NCBI GenBank assembly: GCA_963840035.1
Contig: CAWIXE010000003.1
Location: forward strand, 192,001 to 256,000
Origin: a candidate division FCPU426 bacterium
Lineage (GTDB): Bacteria; Oederibacteriota; PGYV01; Palsa-1178
Reading direction: 5' to 3'
DNA length: 64,000 nt
The notes under the pieces were generated by a model. The model did not search any database. It was given only the letters and a program-made list of their open reading frames with translations, and was not told the DNA's origin. This document shows, piece after piece, positions 58,475-64,000 of the stretch. How positions within the stretch are numbered: position 1 is the stretch's first letter; each line of letters opens with the position of its first letter. The translations under genes and the position numbers were made by a program.

Positions 58475-59515
58475 ATGCGTTTTGGTAACCCTGAAAACTT
58501 CAGGCTGTTATTCATAGTTGTGCCTTTGCTGCTTTTCTTCTTTTATAAAGTATATGTCATCATACGCAACCTTAATACTTTCTATGACAAAAAGACCGCT
58601 GCAAAGATGGCTTACGCGGTTTCGCCTGCGCTTGCCGTCGTAAAGTACCTTGTGCTGGCCGCGGCTTTTGTCTTCTTTATTATAGCTGTTGCCAGGCCGT
58701 GGGGAAAGCCGGTAAAGTCGGAAATGGAATTATCAGGGATAGACATCATGGTGGCGGTTGATGTCTCTTCTTCCATGGCCGCCATGGACCTTAAACCCGA
58801 CAGGATGGAAGTTGTAAAGCAGGGGCTGAAGGATTTTTCAATGTCGCTCTCAGGGGACAGGGTGGGAATGATTACTTTTGCCGGGACTGATTTTGTTCAG
58901 TGTCCTTTGACAGTGGACTATGACGCCTATGACCTTATAATAGACAGCCTTTACCCGGGTATGCTCTTTAAGGACGGTACTGCCCTGGGCAACGCCATAA
59001 AGTCCTGCGCTGACAGGATGGTGGAAAAAGCCGGCAAGTCAAGGATCATGATCTTAATCACCGACGGCGAATCAAACGCGGGAATACCCCCGGTGGAAGC
59101 GGCCAGATACGCGAAGGATAAGGATATAAGGATATACTCAATAGGCGTCGGGACTAAAGAGGGTGCAAAGATACCCGGCGGCGCGGACGTATTTGGCAGG
59201 AGATATTATAAGACCTATGAGGGACAGGAAGTCATCTCAAAACTTGACGATTCGGAGCTTCGCGAAGTGTCAGGCATAACAGGCGGAAAGTTCTACAGGG
59301 TGACTGACTTAAACGCCTTCAAATCAATTAAAAACGACATAAGGTTCATGGAAGAGAACAAGTCAAAAAAAGAAGAGATAAAACATGAGGAAAATTACGC
59401 CGGGTACCTGCTCATAGGTCTGATACTTTTTGTGCTGAGCCAGGCGCTTACGATAAGGGATTTAAAGACTTTTTCTTTTAAAGGGATGCTGGAAGGGAGA
59501 AAATCAAAATTTTAA
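58475..59515 (+). CDS. VWA-domain protein (BatB-like)
   Basis: MRF.NP start after GGAGG, ARPWG, DVSSSM, LITDGE. Confidence 0.88.
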   Translation: MRFGNPENFRLLFIVVPLLLFFFYKVYVIIRNLNTFYDKKTAAKMAYAVSPALAVVKYLVLAAAFVFFIIAVARPWGKPVKSEMELSGIDIMVAVDVSSSMAAMDLKPDRMEVVKQGLKDFSMSLSGDRVGMITFAGTDFVQCPLTVDYDAYDLIIDSLYPGMLFKDGTALGNAIKSCADRMVEKAGKSRIMILITDGESNAGIPPVEAARYAKDKDIRIYSIGVGTKEGAKIPGGADVFGRRYYKTYEGQEVISKLDDSELREVSGITGGKFYRVTDLNAFKSIKNDIRFMEENKSKKEEIKHEENYAGYLLIGLILFVLSQALTIRDLKTFSFKGMLEGRKSKF

Positions 59516-59610
59516 ATTTTCAATTTTATATTTTCAATTAACGGCAATAAGCGGGCCGAAATAAAGGTTTCTGTTTTTAATTGAAAATTGAAAATATAGA
59601 ATTGAAAATT
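59509..59610. repeat. ATTTT[CA/AA/AT] heptamer inverted repeat between convergent genes
   Basis: attttaa attttca attttat attttca attaa ... ttaat tgaaaat tgaaaat atagaat tgaaaat. Confidence 0.9.
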
Positions 59611-60400
59611 AAGGTTTTAAAGCCATATAAACCATCCACCCCGCCACCGAGAACTGCACTATCGAGAACATCAAGTTTATGATTTTCCTGTCCGCTTTAA
59701 TCGATATTTTTGAGCCTATCAGCGCACCAGCAAAAACAACCGCCGAGAGTATGGCTGTCATGTGCCAGTCCACATGTCCCACGGCAGAGTGGCCGAAAAG
59801 CCCTGATAAAGCTGTAATTACTATCATGGCTGATGATGTGGCTACCGCGATTTTTATCGGAACGCCGAAGATTATAGTCATGAGAGGTACCTTTAAAAAA
59901 CCGCCGCCGATGCCTATTAAACTTGATATGAAACCCGCAAGGAAAAAGAGCGGCACGCCGGCCCACATGTTAATACTGTAATGTTCCCCGTTTTTTTTCA
60001 TATGTATGATGCCGGGGAGTTTTGATTTTTGATGCAGGGCCAGAACTTTTTTTGGGGCCATGAGCATGAAGAGGGCTGAACCGGTCATTGAAAGGGCAAA
60101 GATAACATACAACACCTTAACTGAGAAGTGGTTTGAGCTCAGGGAGCCCAGCACCGCGCCAATTACGGATATCGGCTCAAGTATCATTATCAGCTTCCAG
60201 TCGATGAGTTTTTCCATGTGATAAACAGCCGAGGCTGTTAAGCTCATGATGAGGATGATAGCAAGGGATGTGGCGACAGCCGCGTGGAATGATACGCCGG
60301 CCTGAAGCAGTATGGGGACGTAAAGCACCCCGCCGCCCAAGCCCAGCATGGAGAATATGACGGCGACGGCGAAGACGGCGATAAGTAGCAGGGAGGTCAT
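59609..60400 (-). CDS. Sulfite exporter TauE/SafE family protein
   Basis: LGLGGGVLYVP and IGIGGG..KVP repeats, AVATS; start chosen downstream of the repeat element. Confidence 0.88.
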   Translation of the reverse strand: MTSLLLIAVFAVAVIFSMLGLGGGVLYVPILLQAGVSFHAAVATSLAIILIMSLTASAVYHMEKLIDWKLIMILEPISVIGAVLGSLSSNHFSVKVLYVIFALSMTGSALFMLMAPKKVLALHQKSKLPGIIHMKKNGEHYSINMWAGVPLFFLAGFISSLIGIGGGFLKVPLMTIIFGVPIKIAVATSSAMIVITALSGLFGHSAVGHVDWHMTAILSAVVFAGALIGSKISIKADRKIINLMFSIVQFSVAGWMVYMALKP

Positions 60401-60434
60401 AGGCTGGGCCAGTAGTTTAGAGTCAGCAGATCGA

Positions 60435-60501
60435 AGCACATAGCCCATAGCCCAAAGCTCAGGTAAAAGCCCCGTACTACTTGGGCTCTGGGCTTTGGGC
60501 T
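60435..60501. repeat. AGCCCA[A/T] heptamer inverted repeat
   Basis: agcacat agcccat agcccaa agctcag ... cttgggct ctgggct ttgggct. Confidence 0.87.
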
Positions 60502-61217
60502 CATCTGTATCTCCCCATCAGGTCATTCAACCGTATCTTAAACAGCTCCGCGAACATCCTTGTGGAGTCTTTTAAAAAGCTTACCTTTGTCGCCGGGGAG
60601 TTGGTCCACTCTACCGGGGTTTCCATTATCTTAAAACCCATTTTTTTAGCAATGTAAAGGACTTCCACGTCAAAGCCAAAGCCGTTAATGGTCTGCCTGG
60701 AAAATATCTCCGCGGCGGCTTTGCGCGTAAAACACTTAAAGCCGCACTGCGTGTCGTGAAGAGGCAGCCCGGCAACAAGGCGCACAAGCAGGTTAAAAAA
60801 TTTTCCACCGAGTTCCCGCAAATGGCTCTGCGCCACTTTTACCCGCGAGCCGGGGATGTCGCGCGAGGCGATTACCACGCCATAACCGGTCTCAGCGTAT
60901 TTTTTGAATTCTATGAGGTGTTTAATCGGGGTGGAGAGGTCGGCGTCGGTAAAAAGCATTATGGAACCGCTGGCGTGCTGTATGCCGTTTTTTACGGAAA
61001 AGCCTTTGCCCATATTTTTCGGGTTTTTAATGACCTTAAGAGCCGGCCATTTAAGTTTGACCGCGGCCGCGACGGTGTTATCGGTGCTGCCGTCGTCAAC
61101 GACAATGACCTCGGCCTTTATCTTCTTTGAAGTGAGGAATTTCCGGATTTCCTTTAATGTGGCAGGAAGCCTGGTTTCTTCGTTGAAAGCAGGTATTATA
61201 ATAGAAATCAAAGCCAT
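60501..61217 (-). CDS. GT2 polyprenol-phosphate glycosyltransferase (Alg5/DPM-like)
   Basis: IIPAFNE..RL, VDDGS.D, GKG, DADLSTP, DTQCGFK, FGFDVE. Confidence 0.9.
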   Translation of the reverse strand: MALISIIIPAFNEETRLPATLKEIRKFLTSKKIKAEVIVVDDGSTDNTVAAAVKLKWPALKVIKNPKNMGKGFSVKNGIQHASGSIMLFTDADLSTPIKHLIEFKKYAETGYGVVIASRDIPGSRVKVAQSHLRELGGKFFNLLVRLVAGLPLHDTQCGFKCFTRKAAAEIFSRQTINGFGFDVEVLYIAKKMGFKIMETPVEWTNSPATKVSFLKDSTRMFAELFKIRLNDLMGRYR

Positions 61218-61358
61218 CAAAAGCTCCTTTGCTTTTTTTATATCCGATAATATGATAACTTATAGGGAAAAGGTTGTAAAGGGAAAATGAGGTTCATATC
61301 CGCGCAGCCTGAAAGCTGCGGAAGGAAGGCTTAAGGGGCGCACATGCCGCGCGAGACG

Positions 61359-61582
61359 CCTTAACCCTTATCCTCATCCTTAACCTTAGCACGTAGCATT
61401 TAAGGTCCAAGATCTAAGGGTAAGGTTGAGGATAAGGGTTAAGGGTTTATACGTAGAGAGGCGGCTTGCTGCCTCTCAGGGCGGTGTTGTAGCATTCCTT
61501 AACCCTTAATCCTTACCCTTATCCTTAGCCCGCAGCCGTAGTTCCAAGAGCTAAGGATAAGGATGAGGTAAGGGTTAAGGGT
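61359..61582. repeat. Two 6-nt-period (TTATCC family) palindromes flanking a GTAG REP
   Basis: 61359-61444 and 61497-61580; REP gtagagaggcggcttgctgcctctc at 61453-61477. Confidence 0.88.
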
Positions 61583-61606
61583 TATAAAAGGCGCTTTTAA
61601 AAAAAG

Positions 61607-61634
61607 TTGACAAAGGTTTTTTTAGGTATATAAT
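61607..61634 (+). promoter_or_regulatory. Consensus sigma70 promoter of nrdJ
   Basis: TTGACA-N16-TATAAT. Confidence 0.75.
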
Positions 61635-61675
61635 TACCACCCTGAAAACCAAACTATTTAATGAGGAGATTTACG

Positions 61676-63925
61676 ATGGATAAAAACAAGCTTTCAAACC
61701 CCGCCTTATCCGAAAACGCCCTTAAAGTACTTGAAAAGAGGTATTTCCTTAAAAACGACAAAGGCGAGTCAATAGAGGACGCAAAGGACCTTTTTATCAG
61801 GGTCGCAAAAAACATAGCTGAAGCCGATAAAAATTACGACAAAAAGGCCGACACTGACGCTGTTGCGGAGGAATTTTACAGCCTTATGGCAAACCTTGAT
61901 TTTCTTCCAAATTCGCCCACGTTGATGAATGCCGGCCGCGATTTACAGCAGCTGGCAGCATGCTTTGTACTGCCTGTGGAGGATTCCATAGAGGGGATAT
62001 TTGAGGCCATAAAGAACGCGGCGCTTATCCATAAGTCCGGCGGCGGGACAGGCTTCTCCTTCTCACGCTTGAGGCCCAACCGTGATAAGGTAAAGACCAC
62101 ATCAGGCATATCGTCAGGGCCGGTATCCTTCATGAAAGTTTTTAACTCCGCTACCGAGGCTGTAAAGCAGGGAGGCACGAGGCGCGGCGCGAATATGGGC
62201 ATACTGCGCGTCGACCATCCGGATATAAGGGAATTTATCACATGCAAGGCCGACGACAAGGAAATAAATAATTTCAACATATCGGTGGCGCTAACCGAGA
62301 AATTCATGGAAGCCGTTAAAAAAGGCGAGAAGTACAGCCTGATAAACCCGCGCGACAAGAAAGTCATAGCTGAAGAGGACGCGCGCGAGATATTTGATAT
62401 GATAGTGGAATACTCGTGGAAGAACGGCGACCCCGGCATAGTCTTTATTGACAGGATAAACAAGGAAAATCCGAACCCGAACATCGGCGAGATAGAGTCC
62501 ACAAACCCCTGCGGCGAGCAGCCGCTGCTTCCGTATGAGGCATGTAATTTAGGCTCCATAAACCTGGCGCAGATGGTGACGAAGGATAAGAAGGTCGACT
62601 ATAAAAAACTGGGGGCTGTCACGAACAAGGCGGTGCATTTCCTGGATAACGTCATAGACATGTCAAAGTACCCGCTTGATAAGATAACAGAGATGGTGCG
62701 CGGAAACAGGAAAGTGGGCCTGGGGATAATGGGCTGGGCGGACATGCTCGTTCAGATGGATATCTCATACTGCTCGCCTGAAGCAATCAAACTCGCCGAA
62801 GACGTCATGAGGTTCATACATGAAGAGGCGAAGGAAGCTTCGCTTAAGCTGGCTGAAAAACGCGGGACCTTCCCGAACTTTAAAGGTTCGACCCATGAGA
62901 AAAACAAACAGAAGTTAAGGAACGCGACTCTGACTACCATAGCCCCTACGGGCACGCTTTCAATGATAGCGGCATGTTCCTCCGGAGTGGAGCCTATGTT
63001 TGCCATAGCTTATACCAAGACGGTCATGGACAACACAAAGCTTCCCGAGGTAAATAAATACTTCCTTGACGCCGCGAGGAAGGGAGGGTTTTATACCGAC
63101 GCCCTTATAATGAAGATAGGCGAGACAGGCAATGTGTCGCATGACGACACCGTACCCGATTCCGTGAAAAAAGTATTTGTCACCAGCCATGATATCGCTC
63201 CGGAGTGGCACATAAGGATGCAGGCGGCTTTTCAGAAATACACCGACAACGCCGTGTCTAAGACCGTCAACTTCAATAACGAAGCCACGAAAAAGGATGT
63301 TGAAAAAGTTTACATGCTGGCTTATGAGATGGACTGCAAGGGAGTGACCATATACAGGGACGGATCGCGCGACGAGCAGGTCCTTACGGTTTCTACAACC
63401 GGCAAAAGCAAGGATGTAAAAGCGGCGGAACCCGAGCTGCATAAGCATGAAATAGAGCCCAGGAAGAGGCCGGATGTCACGTTTGGCAAGACCATAATGA
63501 TGAAGACCGGATGCGGAAAACTTTACGTGACTATAAATGAGGATGAGAACGGGTTGTGCGAGGTATTTACCGCCATGGGCAAGTCGGGCGGCTGTGCGGC
63601 AGCCCAGTCAGAAGCCATTTCAAGGCTGGTATCCACGGCACTCCGGGCCGGGGTAAAGCCTGAATCGATAATCAAACACCTGCGCGGCACAAGATGCCCT
63701 GCGCCCGCGTGGCAGGAGGGCGGTATCGTACTTTCATGCCCTGACGCCATAGGCATTGCAATGGAAAAATACTTACACGGGGACGCGGGGAACGGCGAGA
63801 AGTTCGTTTTTAAACAGGAAAAACAGACGTTTTTAGGCGAGACATGCCCGGAATGCGGAGCAACGCTGGAACACGAAGGCGGATGCAATGTGTGCAGGAT
63901 ATGCGGATACAGTAAGTGCCTGTAA
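61676..63925 (+). CDS. nrdJ: Vitamin B12-dependent (class II) ribonucleotide reductase with C-terminal TSCPD-like and Zn-ribbon domains
   Basis: PNSPTLMNAG, ACFV, TNPCGEQPL, TIAPTGT, KGVTIYRDGSR, SCPDA, CPEC...C..CGYSKC; no beta subunit adjacent in the window. Confidence 0.93.
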   Translation: MDKNKLSNPALSENALKVLEKRYFLKNDKGESIEDAKDLFIRVAKNIAEADKNYDKKADTDAVAEEFYSLMANLDFLPNSPTLMNAGRDLQQLAACFVLPVEDSIEGIFEAIKNAALIHKSGGGTGFSFSRLRPNRDKVKTTSGISSGPVSFMKVFNSATEAVKQGGTRRGANMGILRVDHPDIREFITCKADDKEINNFNISVALTEKFMEAVKKGEKYSLINPRDKKVIAEEDAREIFDMIVEYSWKNGDPGIVFIDRINKENPNPNIGEIESTNPCGEQPLLPYEACNLGSINLAQMVTKDKKVDYKKLGAVTNKAVHFLDNVIDMSKYPLDKITEMVRGNRKVGLGIMGWADMLVQMDISYCSPEAIKLAEDVMRFIHEEAKEASLKLAEKRGTFPNFKGSTHEKNKQKLRNATLTTIAPTGTLSMIAACSSGVEPMFAIAYTKTVMDNTKLPEVNKYFLDAARKGGFYTDALIMKIGETGNVSHDDTVPDSVKKVFVTSHDIAPEWHIRMQAAFQKYTDNAVSKTVNFNNEATKKDVEKVYMLAYEMDCKGVTIYRDGSRDEQVLTVSTTGKSKDVKAAEPELHKHEIEPRKRPDVTFGKTIMMKTGCGKLYVTINEDENGLCEVFTAMGKSGGCAAAQSEAISRLVSTALRAGVKPESIIKHLRGTRCPAPAWQEGGIVLSCPDAIGIAMEKYLHGDAGNGEKFVFKQEKQTFLGETCPECGATLEHEGGCNVCRICGYSKCL

Positions 63926-63957
63926 TTTTCAATTCTAAATTTTCAATTTTCAATTAA
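63925..63957 (+). repeat. ATTTTCA heptamer tract, single arm
   Basis: attttca attctaa attttca attttca attaa directly after the nrdJ stop. Confidence 0.85.
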
Positions 63958-63961
63958 ATAC

Positions 63962-63988
63962 AAAAGGCGGCTGAAAGGCCGCCTTTTT
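63962..63988 (+). terminator. Rho-independent terminator
   Basis: aaaaggcggc tgaaag gccgccttttt. Confidence 0.85.
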
Positions 63989-64000
63989 CATATGCAGGAG

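Noticed and set aside
55298..59515. MoxR-DUF58-VWA-VWA operon as a novel system
   Set aside because: A well-known Bat-like chaperone arrangement.
61586..61675. NrdR box or cobalamin riboswitch upstream of nrdJ
   Set aside because: No convincing match; the leader is only about 35 nt.

Overview
A 64-kb stretch of bacterial chromosome, mostly housekeeping. GT9 and beta-barrel-like genes suggest a diderm, but the lineage cannot be fixed from sequence alone. In order it holds: the 3' part of lon; a surface-glycan/nucleotide-sugar cluster; a DUF2723-TPR gene, ymdB, rny and 6S RNA on the minus strand; a 1713-aa repeat-domain secreted protein; two unrelated IS30-family elements; argB-D-F-G-H; mazG; a HigBA-like toxin-antitoxin pair; a frameshifted RNase II/R gene; two tRNA-Ser genes downstream of serS; znuACB; terC; surface proteins; a P-loop kinase/dCMP deaminase fusion; a MoxR-DUF58-VWA-VWA operon; and class II nrdJ. 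The most striking unexplained signal is non-coding. About 20 intergenic elements are built from degenerate short-period tandem repeats (periods 6, 7, 8, 9 and 14 nt; at least 8 unrelated unit sequences). They are usually two inverted arms around a 20-60 nt spacer, wedged between a stop codon and the next ribosome-binding site. Unit order is often shuffled between arms, and some spacer motifs are shared with several GTAG-type REP/REPIN families in the window. Other highlights: an IS30 with a 15-bp target duplication that separates a putative ArgR box from the arg promoter, an IS30 inserted inside one of the repeat palindromes, and hairpins that overlap both tRNA CCA ends. All calls come from reading the sequence and translations by eye; no searches were run.
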